Positions 40,266 to 50,242 of a DNA stretch of 64,000 nucleotides are shown here, piece after piece (within the stretch, counting starts at the first letter, position 1; every line of letters starts with the position of its first letter). The DNA lies in contig JBJBEO010000001.1 in the NCBI GenBank assembly GCA_047284725.1, forward strand, positions 2,200,203-2,264,202, in the 5' to 3' direction. The notes beneath the pieces were generated by a model. It was not told the DNA's origin. It did not search any database and worked only from the letters and a program-made list of their open reading frames with translations. The DNA is from Synechococcus sp. (GTDB lineage Bacteria; Cyanobacteriota; Cyanobacteriia; PCC-6307; Cyanobiaceae). The translations under genes were made by a program, and so were the position numbers.

Positions 40266-41740
40266 CAGACGTCGGCCTCCACTCCACCATCACCCACGCG
40301 CCACAACTTCAGACCAGCAGCCGCCACCGCAGCGGGATCAACCACCGAACGGGCATCAAAAATCCATGCCGGATGCCGCATCCGAGCCGCCAGGGCCGAC
40401 CAGTCCAAGTGGCGATACTGCTTCCATTCCGTCAGGATCAGCACCGCATCGGCGCCGGCCACGGTGCTCTCCACATCCTCCCCCTGCCACCAGGCGCCCT
40501 CGCCACTGAGGGCCGCCCTGGTAGGCTCCGCCTCCGCAACCGGCCCCGCACTGACGGGCCGCTGAAGGTCACGGGCGATCTGAGCCCCATCCACCTTCGG
40601 ATCATGGATTGAGAGCTGGGCCCCTTCTTCGAGCAGATCGCGGCAGATCCGAATCGCCGGTGCTTCACGGGTGTCGTTGGTGTCGGCCTTGAAGGCAAAC
40701 CCCAGCACCGCCAGGCGCTTCCCCGTGACGGTGCCGAACAGCTTCTGCACCACCAACCTGGCAATGCGGTGCTGCTGCCAGGTGTTGAGCGCCACCACGC
40801 TCTCCCAGTAATCGGCCACTTCAGGCAGGCCGAAATGGCGGCAGAGATACACGAGATTGAGGATGTCTTTCTGGAAACAGCTGCCACCAAACCCAGGGCC
40901 TGCTTGGAGAAATTTGGGACCGATGCGGCTGTCGGTGCCGATCGCCCGCGCCACCTCGCGCACATCCGCACCGGTGGCCTCACAGAACGCCGCAATCGAA
41001 TTGATCGAGCTGATGCGCTGGGCCAGAAAAGCATTGGCGGTGAGCTTGGACAGCTCACTGCTCCAGAGATTGGTGCGGAGGATCCGCTCCTCCGGCACCC
41101 AATGGGCATACACCGACGCCAGCGCATCCATGGAGGCCTGGTCTTCGCCGCCGATCAACACCCGATCCGGGGCTTCCAGATCGGGGATCGCCGTCCCTTC
41201 TGCCAGAAACTCGGGGTTCGAGAGCACCGCGAAGCTGCGACGTGTGGAGCCCGGCGCCTCGGCCGCCGCCAGGATGTCCTTGATCGTCTGAGCGGTGCGC
41301 ACCGGAAGGGTGCTTTTCTCCACCACGATCGTGTGACCCGTCGCCACCTTGGCCACCTGGCGAGCACAGGCCTCCACCCAGCGCAGATCACTGGCCTGGC
41401 CTGCACCCAAGCCTTTGGTTTTGGTGGGGGTGTTCACCGAGATGAACACCATGTCGGCAGCAGCAATCGCCTCATCCACCGCCGTGGAGAAACTGAGGTT
41501 GCGGCCACGGGCCCGGCCCAGCACCGCATCCAAACCGGGCTCATACACTGGCAGCTTGCCGAGATCGCTGTCGTTCCAGGCGGCGATGCGCTGCTCATTA
41601 AGGTCCACCACCGTGACCTGAAGGTCGGGGCAGCGATCGGCGATCACCGCCATGGTCGGCCCGCCCACATAGCCGGCCCCGATGCAACAGATGCGGCGCA
41701 CAGCACCCGCTGCAGAGGTTGGGGCGGAAGACAGTGTCAT
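40265..41740 (-). CDS. ugd: UDP-glucose 6-dehydrogenase
   Basis: Motifs CIGAGYVGGPT, VEKSTLP, SNPEFLAEG, GFGGSCFQKD and FKADTNDTRE. Confidence 0.95.
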   Translation of the reverse strand: MTLSSAPTSAAGAVRRICCIGAGYVGGPTMAVIADRCPDLQVTVVDLNEQRIAAWNDSDLGKLPVYEPGLDAVLGRARGRNLSFSTAVDEAIAAADMVFISVNTPTKTKGLGAGQASDLRWVEACARQVAKVATGHTIVVEKSTLPVRTAQTIKDILAAAEAPGSTRRSFAVLSNPEFLAEGTAIPDLEAPDRVLIGGEDQASMDALASVYAHWVPEERILRTNLWSSELSKLTANAFLAQRISSINSIAAFCEATGADVREVARAIGTDSRIGPKFLQAGPGFGGSCFQKDILNLVYLCRHFGLPEVADYWESVVALNTWQQHRIARLVVQKLFGTVTGKRLAVLGFAFKADTNDTREAPAIRICRDLLEEGAQLSIHDPKVDGAQIARDLQRPVSAGPVAEAEPTRAALSGEGAWWQGEDVESTVAGADAVLILTEWKQYRHLDWSALAARMRHPAWIFDARSVVDPAAVAAAGLKLWRVGDGGVEADV

Positions 41741-41798
41741 CGGCAGATCCAGCGTGCCCAGAGGGGTGCCGCCAGGTTACCGGCAGTTCTCCAAGCGA

Positions 41799-43085
41799 TT
41801 AGCCCAAGGCCTCAAGCAAGGCGGGGATGGCATCCAGGGCCAGGGTCTGCTCGTCCGCTTCGTCGCGCAGCGATTTCAGGCGCACGTGGCCCTGTTCCGC
41901 CTCCTGATCCCCGATCACCAGCGCCCAGGGAGCCCCACAACGGTCGGCGCGCTTGAACTGTTTGCCGAAGGCTGCCCCGGAGCCATCCAGCTCCACCGGC
42001 ACGCCGGCTTGTCGCAGATGGCGGGCCAAGCCGAGAGCTGCGGCCTCCGCCAGTTCGCCCCGGTTGATCAGATACACCGTGGGGGGCTGCTGCGCGGTGA
42101 GCCGGGCCGCAGCCCCCTCGGGATCAGCGTTGGCCGCCGCCTCCAGCACCAGCAGAAGGCGCTCCATCCCCAGGGCCCAGCCGATGGCCGGTGTTGCCGG
42201 GCCGCCCAACTGCTTCACCAGGCCGTCGTAACGACCACCGCCGCAGACGGTGGCCTGAGCACCGAGCTGGTCGCTGGTGATCTCAAAGGCGGTGTGACCG
42301 TAGTAATCGAGGCCGCGCACCAGACGGGTGTTCACCTGAAAGGGAATCGCCAGCTGACGCAACAGGGTCTGCACCTCCGCAAAGCGAGCGGCACTCTCCT
42401 CACAAAGAGCTTCCAGCAGGGTGGGGGCATCCGCCAACAGCGCCTGGGTGGTTTTGTTCTTGCTGTCGAGGATGCGCAGGGGGTTGGTGGCCAGGCGCTG
42501 CTGGGAATCGGGGTCGAGCTGATCGGCCCGCTGCTGCAGCCAAGCCACCAGTTGCTCGCGGTAGCGAAGGCGATCGTCTGGGGTGCCAAGGCTGTTGATC
42601 TCCAGCTCCAGCCCCTGGACCCCCAGATCCGCCAGGAGATCCCAGGCCAGGGCCATCACCTCCACATCACTGCGGGCACTGCTCACCCCCAGGCACTCCA
42701 CTCCGATCTGGTGAAACTGGCGCTGACGCCCCGCCTGGGGCCGCTCATAGCGAAACATCGGGCCGGCATACCAGAGCTTTTGGGCTCCCTGACTGAGCAA
42801 GCCGTGCTGCACCGCTGCCCGCACGGCGGAGGCGGTGCCTTCCGGCCGCAGGGTGCAGGAACGCTCACCGCGGTCGAGAAAGGAATACATCTCCTTGCCC
42901 ACCACATCAGTGCCTTCGCCGATGCCCCGCGCGAAGAGTTCAGTGACCTCCAGCAGCGGTGTGCGGATCTCCTCGATCCCGGCCCGGCGGAAATGCTCAC
43001 GGGCCACGGCCTCCACCGCCTGCCACCGCCGGGTCTGTTCCGGCAGCAAATCGACCATGCCGCGCAGGCTCTGCAGCTGACTCAC
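41799..43085 (-). CDS. hisS: Histidine--tRNA ligase
   Basis: Motifs [41 protein letters not shown] and GGGRYDGL. Confidence 0.97.
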   Translation of the reverse strand: MSQLQSLRGMVDLLPEQTRRWQAVEAVAREHFRRAGIEEIRTPLLEVTELFARGIGEGTDVVGKEMYSFLDRGERSCTLRPEGTASAVRAAVQHGLLSQGAQKLWYAGPMFRYERPQAGRQRQFHQIGVECLGVSSARSDVEVMALAWDLLADLGVQGLELEINSLGTPDDRLRYREQLVAWLQQRADQLDPDSQQRLATNPLRILDSKNKTTQALLADAPTLLEALCEESAARFAEVQTLLRQLAIPFQVNTRLVRGLDYYGHTAFEITSDQLGAQATVCGGGRYDGLVKQLGGPATPAIGWALGMERLLLVLEAAANADPEGAAARLTAQQPPTVYLINRGELAEAAALGLARHLRQAGVPVELDGSGAAFGKQFKRADRCGAPWALVIGDQEAEQGHVRLKSLRDEADEQTLALDAIPALLEALG

Positions 43086-43175
43086 ACCCTTCCCGCTTCA
43101 GTGGCGCCAGTCTGCCGGGTGGGGGTGGGCGGGGTCTTTGTGTCCCCCTGGCCTGCGGACCGTGATCAAGGGCCC

Positions 43176-43589
43176 ATGGCCGCAGCGGATGTGCGCTGGC
43201 TGCAGCGCCTGGACAACTACGAACGGGCGCTGGGAACCTTGGCCCGGGCCCTCTCACTGGCAGACGAGCGGCCCTTGAGTGAACTGGAAGAACAAGGATT
43301 GATTCAGGCGTTTGAATTCACCCACGAGCTCAGCTGGTTGTTGCTCAAAGACTTCCTCGTGGATCAAGGGGTGAGCGGCATCAGCGGCTCCCGGGATGCG
43401 GTGGTTCGCGAGCTGTTGCCAGCGGGGACGGAAGCCACCTGGATGGCGATGATCCGCAGCCGCAATCTCACCAGCCGTACCTACAACCCCGCGCTGGCCC
43501 ATGAGATCGCCGCACTGATCAGCGAGCGTTACGCGCAAGAACTGACAAACCTCCAACAGGAATTGCGACGCAGGGCCGACAAGCTGTGA
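43176..43589 (+). CDS. HEPN-family (HI0074-like nucleotidyltransferase substrate-binding) toxin, with the catalytic His replaced by Arg
   Basis: RW.QRLDNY..AL, GLIQAFEFTHELSW..LKDFL and W..MI.SRNLTS(R)TY. ATG at 43176; GTGA overlap with the next gene. Confidence 0.88.
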   Translation: MAAADVRWLQRLDNYERALGTLARALSLADERPLSELEEQGLIQAFEFTHELSWLLLKDFLVDQGVSGISGSRDAVVRELLPAGTEATWMAMIRSRNLTSRTYNPALAHEIAALISERYAQELTNLQQELRRRADKL

Positions 43590-43912
43590 TCATCCCAGGC
43601 ATCCCCGATGCGGACAGCGCCCAGGTGCTGAAACTGATTCAACGCAATCCCAGCGTGCGCCGGGTGGTGCTCTATGGCTCCCGAGCACTGGGCCGGCATC
43701 GACCAGGGTCAGATCTTGACCTCTGCCTCGATGCCCCGGACATGGAGCTGGGGGAGCTGCTGGAACTCGGCGGTGCTCTCGATGATCTGCTGCTGCCCTG
43801 GCCCATCGACCTGCAGCTGCGCCATCAGATTGAGCACAAGGGGTTGCTGGACCATCTCGAGAAGGTGGGCCAGGTGCTGTGGACCCAGCCAGGTCAGCCC
43901 AGCAGCTCCTGA
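43586..43912 (+). CDS. Minimal nucleotidyltransferase (MNT) antitoxin
   Basis: [18 protein letters not shown] (GS-X10-DxD) and LLPWPIDL; translationally coupled to the HEPN gene. Confidence 0.9.
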   Translation: MIIPGIPDADSAQVLKLIQRNPSVRRVVLYGSRALGRHRPGSDLDLCLDAPDMELGELLELGGALDDLLLPWPIDLQLRHQIEHKGLLDHLEKVGQVLWTQPGQPSSS

Positions 43913-44844
43913 AACCAGGCGATGGTGGGCTCGAGGCCCTGCTCCAGGCTTACCTGGGGCCGCCAGCCCAGAACGCTCTGGGCCAGAGCAATGTCGGGTT
44001 GGCGTTGGCGGGGGTCATCCGCAGGCAGAGGCTTCTCGATCAGGGGCAACTCGGGGTTGATGCGGGCACGCACCTGGTCGGCCAGCCGTCGAATCGTGAA
44101 TTCACTGGGATTGCCAAGGTTGACGGGACCGGTGGCATCGCCATTCATCAACCGGATCAAGCCTTCGATCAGATCATCGACATAACAGAAGGAACGGCTC
44201 TGGCTGCCATCGCCGTAGAGGGTGAGTGGTTCACCGCGCAGGGCCTGCACAATGAAGTTGCTGACCACGCGGCCATCGTCGGCAAGCATACGCGGGCCGT
44301 AGGTGTTGAAGATGCGAGCAATGCGGATCTCGCTGCCATGCATGCGCTGGTAGTCGAAACAGAGGGTTTCGGCGATGCGCTTGCCCTCGTCGTAACAGGC
44401 GCGAATGCCGATCGGGTTGACGCAGCCGCGGTAGCCCTCGGGCTGGGGGTGGAGCTCGGGATCGCCATACACCTCACTGGTGGAGGCGAGCAGCAGGCGG
44501 GCCCTCACGCGGCGGGCCAGGCCAAGCATGTTGTAGGTGCCCAGGAAGCTGGTTTTAGCGGTTTTGACTGGATTGGTCTGGTAGTGAATCGGAGAGGCGG
44601 GGCAGGCGAGGTGCCAGATGCGATCCACCTCGAGCTTGATCGGCTCCGTGACATCGTGGCGAATGAACTCAAAGCGAGGGTGATCCCACCACTGACGCAC
44701 GTTGGCCTTGCGGCCCGTGAAGGTGTTGTCGAGACAGAGCACCTCTTCCCCGGCCTCCATCAAGCGATCGACGAGGTGAGAACCGAGAAAGCCAGCACCA
44801 CCGGTGACCAGGTTGCGGATCGGACCGGCAGGCATCGGCGGCAT
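43894..44844 (-). CDS. UDP-glucuronic acid decarboxylase (UDP-xylose synthase) family SDR
   Basis: Motifs [36 protein letters not shown] and [10 protein letters not shown]. Confidence 0.93.
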   Translation of the reverse strand: MPPMPAGPIRNLVTGGAGFLGSHLVDRLMEAGEEVLCLDNTFTGRKANVRQWWDHPRFEFIRHDVTEPIKLEVDRIWHLACPASPIHYQTNPVKTAKTSFLGTYNMLGLARRVRARLLLASTSEVYGDPELHPQPEGYRGCVNPIGIRACYDEGKRIAETLCFDYQRMHGSEIRIARIFNTYGPRMLADDGRVVSNFIVQALRGEPLTLYGDGSQSRSFCYVDDLIEGLIRLMNGDATGPVNLGNPSEFTIRRLADQVRARINPELPLIEKPLPADDPRQRQPDIALAQSVLGWRPQVSLEQGLEPTIAWFQELLG

Positions 44845-44871
44845 GGTTGATTGACTGACGTTAAGCAGGGA

Positions 44872-45645
44872 TCACCAGGTGCGATACACCAGCCTGCCCA
44901 GCAGCTCGCGCAGGGCACGGGAACTGGAATCCAGTGCCTGCGCCGACGGCAGCCACTGGCTGGGGTCGCGCCAGAGGGGGCCGGCCCAGCGGCCCCGGGT
45001 CTGGAAATCCACCGGGAAGGGACGCACCTGCAGGCCCTGACGTTCAAACAGGCGCTGGGCACGGCGCATGTGGAAGGCACTGGTGACCAGCAAAATGCGC
45101 GGGGGTGAGGCGGTCGTTGTCGATGTCTGGCGACCTAGGAGACGGCGAATCGCGATCGCTTCTTCAGCCGTGTTCACCACAGGCGGGGTACTGGCCATCG
45201 CCACTGGCGGAATACCAAGCTGCGCTGCTTCCTCGAGATAACGCTGGCCTTCCGGCGGCTGGCCGGGGCGGAACGGGCTGGCGCCACCGGTGAACAGCAG
45301 GCGCGGCGCCTTACCGGCGCGGTAGAGATCGAGCCCAGCCAGAAAGCGGTCGGGATCCTCCCACTCGCTGACGCGGGCGGCACCGGGGGCGGGGTGACGA
45401 CCGCCACTGAGCACCACAATGGCGTCGGCCAGCGGCGCCTCTGTCGCCAGGCGGCGTTGCCAGGGGGCCTCCAACCATTGCCACAGGCGCTGGCTCACCA
45501 GGCCCAGAGAGAAGAACCAGAGCAGCAGCAGGGCGGTGATCACCGGCCAGCGCCAGCGGCCGATCAAGCCGATGAACAGCAGGATCAGACTGAACCCAAG
45601 GGGCAGGAGAGCGAGCGGCAGCAGCTTGCTGAGCAGATAAGCCAT
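44872..45645 (-). CDS. YdcF/ElyC (DUF218) family membrane protein
   Basis: N-terminal TM helices, DAIVVLSGG, LLFTGG, NTAEEA, LLVTSAFHMRRA and ALRELLG. Confidence 0.9.
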   Translation of the reverse strand: MAYLLSKLLPLALLPLGFSLILLFIGLIGRWRWPVITALLLLWFFSLGLVSQRLWQWLEAPWQRRLATEAPLADAIVVLSGGRHPAPGAARVSEWEDPDRFLAGLDLYRAGKAPRLLFTGGASPFRPGQPPEGQRYLEEAAQLGIPPVAMASTPPVVNTAEEAIAIRRLLGRQTSTTTASPPRILLVTSAFHMRRAQRLFERQGLQVRPFPVDFQTRGRWAGPLWRDPSQWLPSAQALDSSSRALRELLGRLVYRTW

Positions 45646-45652
45646 CGATCGG

Positions 45653-45959
45653 TCAGAGCAGCCAGCGCAGGTCACGCCTGAGCTCCATCGCCATGCGAGA
45701 GCCGTCGGTCAAGCGTTGCTCGAGCTCAGCTGGGGTCAGCACGAGCAGATCACTCCCGAACATGCCAACGTTCTCAAGGCTTGGCAAACGCCGCGTCTGC
45801 TGCTGTGCCCAGACCCGGTCGTCCTTCAAAACCTGATCAAGGGCTGGCCAGTGCCAGACGGATTGCTTTAACGAGCGCACGGGCTTGGCTGATGGCGTCT
45901 GAACTCTGCAGACGGCCGAAGTGATCGTCATCAAGGTCCGGGTCGTGCACGTCAAGCAT
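45653..45959 (-). pseudogene. Decayed HEPN/MNT toxin-antitoxin remnant
   Basis: One frame gives a HEPN-like C-terminal tail DHFGRLQSSDAISQARALVKAIRLALASP* (45926-45837). The overlapping frame gives an internally deleted MNT (PVRSL...VGMFGSDLLVLTPAEL...ELRRDLRWLL*) with AAG at the expected ATG. Confidence 0.65.
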
Positions 45960-46092
45960 CAAACATCAACCTAGGTGCGTTTCCGGGGAATCCAACACGG
46001 CTTCCCTCGAAGAGCCAACCTGCAGGAAATCTCACCGACTAAGCAAGAGACATGCACTGCAGCGGATGTCCAACCAGCAACACGCCTTGTGA

Positions 46093-47994
46093 TCAAGCAC
46101 GACGCCCGCCTGACTGACTGGGCTCTTTCCTTTGCCACTCCGGCACCAGAGCCGCCAACAGCTCCATCGCTGCCGGCAGATCCTGCGCCGCAATCGCTGC
46201 TTCCAGTGCTTCCAATTGGGGCCAGAGCTGCGCGGGGGGGAGTGCGCGTTCCTGGGCCCGGTAGATCAACGGATGCGCTGTGGGCTGGGATTCGGCATCG
46301 ATCAACAACTCCTCGAAAAGCTTCTCGCCAGGACGCAGTCCAGTGCAGACGATCTCAATCTCGCCGCCGGGGTTCTTGGCATCGCGCAAGGAGAGGCCAC
46401 TGAGACGCACCATCTGCTCGGCCAGGTCTTTGATCAGCACCGGCTCGCCCATATCGAGCAGGAACACATCCCCGCCCTGGGCGAGAACAGACGCCTGCAA
46501 CACCAAGGAGGCCGCCTCCCGGATCGTCATGAAATAGCGGATTATCTTGGGGTGGGTGAGGGTGATCGGCCCTCCTGCCGCGATCTGGCGTCGGAACAAG
46601 GGCACCACCGAACCGGAAGAGCCGAGCACGTTGCCAAAGCGCACCATGGCAAAACGGGTGTTGCTGGCCTCAGCGGCGTGGGCCTGCAGCACCAATTCGG
46701 CCAAGCGCTTGGACGCACCCATCACGTTGGTGGGGCGCACGGCTTTGTCGGTGGAAATCAAGACCACCTCGCGAACGCCGGTAAATACGGCAGCGCGGCA
46801 CACATGGTGGGTGGAACCGACGTTATTGGCCAGTCCCGCCAGGGGATTGGCCTCCACCAAAGGCACATGCTTGTAGGCGGCGGCATGGAACACGAGCTCC
46901 ACAGCCTGATCCGCAAACAAGTGTTTGAGCAATTGGTAATCGGTGGCCGTACCCAGCACAGGCTCAATCGCGCCACCCTCCGGCAACAGGGAACGAAGCT
47001 GCTGCTCGACGGCATAGAGCGCCGGTTCACTGCTCTCCAGCAGAATCAGCTTGGCTGGTGATAACGCCAGGATCTGGCGGCAGAGCTCGGAGCCAATCGA
47101 TCCGCCAGCACCGGTGACGCAGACGACGGCTGCGCGAATGCCTGGGCCGAGCAGCTTGGGGTCAGCGGGCACAGCATCTCTGCCGAGCAGATCCTCGATC
47201 ACGATCGGCCGCAGAGAATCGATGCTGGCGCGGCCGGAGGTGAGGTCATCCACCGAGGGCACCTGCAACACGGCAATGCCACGGCGCTGAAGGTCGTCCA
47301 CGATGCGGCGCCGTTCACTGCGGGCGAGGGATGGAATGGCCAGAAGCACGCCATCGACGGAGCCCTTGAGATCCTTCAACACCTGAGGTGGCTGGATCGC
47401 GACTCCGTTGATCGAACGGCTCCAATAAGAAGGATTGTCGTCCAGGAAAGTAACGATCTTGTGGTTGCCGGCGAGCCGAAGGGCCGCCGCCAACTGGGCG
47501 CCGGCTTCACCAGCGCCATAGATCGCGACACGCATCTGTTGCTTGTGCTGCGTAGAACGCAAACTGAGTAAGACATCGCGCAGGGCAAAGCGCACAGCGC
47601 CCGTCAAACCGGTGAGCAACAACCAAAGCAAGATCCAACTGCTGCGGGGCGGCATCGGCAGCCGCAACATCACACCTGTGCCGGCCAGCACCAGCACTAG
47701 AAGGCCGTTGCGTCCTGCAAGGCGATAGAGCGCTGCACTACCGACATAGCGGGTGAGTCCCTTGTATTGCGCTGTCATTGCATACAAGGGCAGGCCCACG
47801 GCAATCACGGCAAGTAACAACCAACCACCAACGGCCATGAAGTTGGGGTGGAAGGGATGGGCCAAGCGCAACCAGAAGCTCAGCCACACCGCCAGGGGCA
47901 GCAGAAGTGCATCAACGGCAATCAGAAGGAGTCTGCGTAACAAAGGTGAGACACGCAGCAGAGGGTTGATCGCCGCAGCAGAGGTTGAACTCAT
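46093..47994 (-). CDS. Membrane-bound UDP-GlcNAc 4,6-dehydratase (PglF/WbpM/CapD type)
   Basis: N-terminal TM helices, YGAGEAG, TGAGGSIGSELCRQ, HAAAYKHVP, STDKAV.P.NVMGASKR, RFGNVLGSSGSV and GLRPGEKL.EEL. Confidence 0.95.
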   Translation of the reverse strand: MSSTSAAAINPLLRVSPLLRRLLLIAVDALLLPLAVWLSFWLRLAHPFHPNFMAVGGWLLLAVIAVGLPLYAMTAQYKGLTRYVGSAALYRLAGRNGLLVLVLAGTGVMLRLPMPPRSSWILLWLLLTGLTGAVRFALRDVLLSLRSTQHKQQMRVAIYGAGEAGAQLAAALRLAGNHKIVTFLDDNPSYWSRSINGVAIQPPQVLKDLKGSVDGVLLAIPSLARSERRRIVDDLQRRGIAVLQVPSVDDLTSGRASIDSLRPIVIEDLLGRDAVPADPKLLGPGIRAAVVCVTGAGGSIGSELCRQILALSPAKLILLESSEPALYAVEQQLRSLLPEGGAIEPVLGTATDYQLLKHLFADQAVELVFHAAAYKHVPLVEANPLAGLANNVGSTHHVCRAAVFTGVREVVLISTDKAVRPTNVMGASKRLAELVLQAHAAEASNTRFAMVRFGNVLGSSGSVVPLFRRQIAAGGPITLTHPKIIRYFMTIREAASLVLQASVLAQGGDVFLLDMGEPVLIKDLAEQMVRLSGLSLRDAKNPGGEIEIVCTGLRPGEKLFEELLIDAESQPTAHPLIYRAQERALPPAQLWPQLEALEAAIAAQDLPAAMELLAALVPEWQRKEPSQSGGRRA

Positions 47995-49160
47995 CGACAA
48001 GCTCTTTGCACCACTGAACGAACCACTTCCGTGTAAGCAGACATCTGCTCATTGGTAATGGTTGGATGAACTAAAAACATCAGACTTGTCTCGCCAAGAT
48101 TGCGGGCCACAGGCAGGCGCTCAGCGGGGGCGAGCCCAGCCTCCTGGAAGCACCTCTCCAGGTAGATCTCGCTGCAACTGCCGGCGAGAGCGGGATATCC
48201 AAGTGCGGCGATCTCCGTAAGGATACGGTCACGGCTCCAACCATCAGCCAGCGCTTCGGGCTGCACAAAGGCATAGAACTTGTACCAGGCGTGGGTGAAG
48301 TGCTCTGGTGGCAGGGGCACACGCACGGAGGGCAAATCCCCCAGGGCCTGAGCGAGCAAGAGAGCATTGCGAGTGCGAGTAGCGGTCCACTCCGGCAAGC
48401 GCTGGAGCTGGATTCGACCGATTGCGCTTTGCAACTCAGTGAGGCGGAAATTGGAGCCGAAACGTTCGTGCAGCCAACGAAAGCCGGGTGGATGCTCGCG
48501 CTCGAAGACCGCCTCATGAGTTTTTCCGTGATCCTTGAAGGCCCACATGGAATCCCAGAGTTCAGAGCGAGAGGTGTTCACCATGCCGCCCTCTCCAGCG
48601 GTGGTCATGATCTTGTCCTGACAGAAGCTCCAGGCGGCCAAATCGCCGAAGCTGCCCACTGATTGACCGTTGATACGGGCGCCATGGGCCTGAGCGCAGT
48701 CTTCAATCACGGCGATGCCATGGGTGCGGGCGAGATCACAGATGGCCGGCATGTCGGCGGGCCAGCCACCCAAATGCACCACGGAGATGGCCTTGGTGCG
48801 GGTGGTGATCAGCGGGGCGATGGTGGCAGCTGTGATGGCGCCGGAATCGGCATCGACATCGGCAAAAATCGGCTTCGCACCAAGAAGCACGGCGCTGGAA
48901 GCGGTGGCGATGAAGGTACGCGGAGTGGTGATCAGCTCATCACCCTGGCCTATGCCGATAGCTAGATAGGCAGCGGAAAGAGCCAGAGAGCCATTGGCCA
49001 TGGCGATCGCCTGACTGCTGCCACACCACTCAGCAAACTCGTGCTCAAAAGCCTTTGTTTCTTCTCCCGTCCAGGTATTCACCTTGCCGGAAGTAAGAAC
49101 ATGCGCGACCGAATCAACTTGATCGCTATCGAAATAAGGCCAAGAGTTAATAAGGGACAC
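47991..49160 (-). CDS. DegT-family sugar aminotransferase (PglE-like)
   Basis: Motifs MANGSLAL, VHLGGWPAD, EDCAQAHGA, SFCQDKIMTT.GEGG and GSNFR. Confidence 0.93.
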   Translation of the reverse strand: MSLINSWPYFDSDQVDSVAHVLTSGKVNTWTGEETKAFEHEFAEWCGSSQAIAMANGSLALSAAYLAIGIGQGDELITTPRTFIATASSAVLLGAKPIFADVDADSGAITAATIAPLITTRTKAISVVHLGGWPADMPAICDLARTHGIAVIEDCAQAHGARINGQSVGSFGDLAAWSFCQDKIMTTAGEGGMVNTSRSELWDSMWAFKDHGKTHEAVFEREHPPGFRWLHERFGSNFRLTELQSAIGRIQLQRLPEWTATRTRNALLLAQALGDLPSVRVPLPPEHFTHAWYKFYAFVQPEALADGWSRDRILTEIAALGYPALAGSCSEIYLERCFQEAGLAPAERLPVARNLGETSLMFLVHPTITNEQMSAYTEVVRSVVQRACR

Positions 49161-49176
49161 GGCTGCAGAAGACTAT

Positions 49177-49821
49177 TCAGCTTGAAGACACAACACGCGC
49201 CGGCACGCCGACAGATGTGACGCTACTGGGAAGATCACGAATAACAGCAGCACCAGCACCCACGATGACATCGGAGCCAATGCACACCTTCTGGATCACC
49301 GAAGCACCGATGCCGATCCAGCTGCGGGCACCAACTCGCACCTCACCGGCCAGGCGAGAACCTGGGCAAAGATGAACGCCATCAGCGAGTTGGGCGTCGT
49401 GATCGACGCTACAACCGGTATTTAGGATCACGCCAGTACCAATACAGACCTGAGCTTGTACAGCCACCTGAGCAAAGACCACAGAGGCTGGTCCAAGCTG
49501 GGCAGACGGCGAGACCCACGCGGTGGGGTGCAGCAGCGTGGGCAAGTGATAACCGGCTCGCTGTAGCCGCTGAATCCAGTCAATACGAGTAGAGGCATGA
49601 CCGATGGCCACTACAGCCGCGTCAAATTGAGAGGCGGTACATGACTGCAGGGACAACGCAAGAGGGCCAATGACAGGCCAATCAATTACCGGCGGCAATG
49701 GATCCATGGCGGTAAAGCGATCGTCTAGAAAAGCAAGACTGGAAGCAAATCCACTGACGAGAGCGGTTTCCGCTACAACCTTGGCGTGTCCACCTGCTCC
49801 CAGAATTAGAAGACGGCTCAT
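49177..49821 (-). CDS. Sugar N-acetyltransferase (PglD/NeuD family, left-handed beta-helix)
   Basis: Motifs ILGAGGHAKVV, VAIG, HPTA.VS, NTGCSVDHD, VGAGAAV and GVPAR. Confidence 0.92.
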   Translation of the reverse strand: MSRLLILGAGGHAKVVAETALVSGFASSLAFLDDRFTAMDPLPPVIDWPVIGPLALSLQSCTASQFDAAVVAIGHASTRIDWIQRLQRAGYHLPTLLHPTAWVSPSAQLGPASVVFAQVAVQAQVCIGTGVILNTGCSVDHDAQLADGVHLCPGSRLAGEVRVGARSWIGIGASVIQKVCIGSDVIVGAGAAVIRDLPSSVTSVGVPARVVSSS

Positions 49822-50242
49822 ATGGCGCCGATGTCATTCAAAAACACTGCCAAAATCACTCCCAAGCCACTCGCGCCAATAATAAAAGGAATCCAGCAAA
49901 GCTCTGACGAGCAGACTGGTAGCAAAAAGTTGGGTACTATAATCTCTCTGGTCAAAATAAAAAGACTGCAAGCAGGAAGAAAGGGACAGATCAAAAGGAT
50001 TCACCTGCCCCCAAAACACCAACAAGACCGAACAGCACCATGAGAGAAACGCAATGTCAAGCAGTAAGCAACACAAAACTTTTAAACAAGACAACTCAGC
50101 GTTCGGAGAACCCACTGCAAAATAAAACCGTCTCAAACCTATCGCAATCAAATACCAACAAGACAACGAGCAGGGCAAACAACGATACAAAAATCGAAAA
50201 CAGAAAATATAACGAAAGGATATATATTAGGTGTGTTTTAAT

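Noticed and set aside
41682..43589. 635-aa + strand ORF that appears to fuse a long N-terminus to the HEPN protein
   Set aside because: The first ~500 codons are the antisense shadow of hisS. The HEPN-like sequence begins at ATG 43176.
49834..50190. 118-aa minus-strand ORF in the glycan locus
   Set aside because: TTG start and Cys/Leu/Phe-rich composition typical of decayed T-rich DNA. Treated as a possible pseudogene scar, not a gene.
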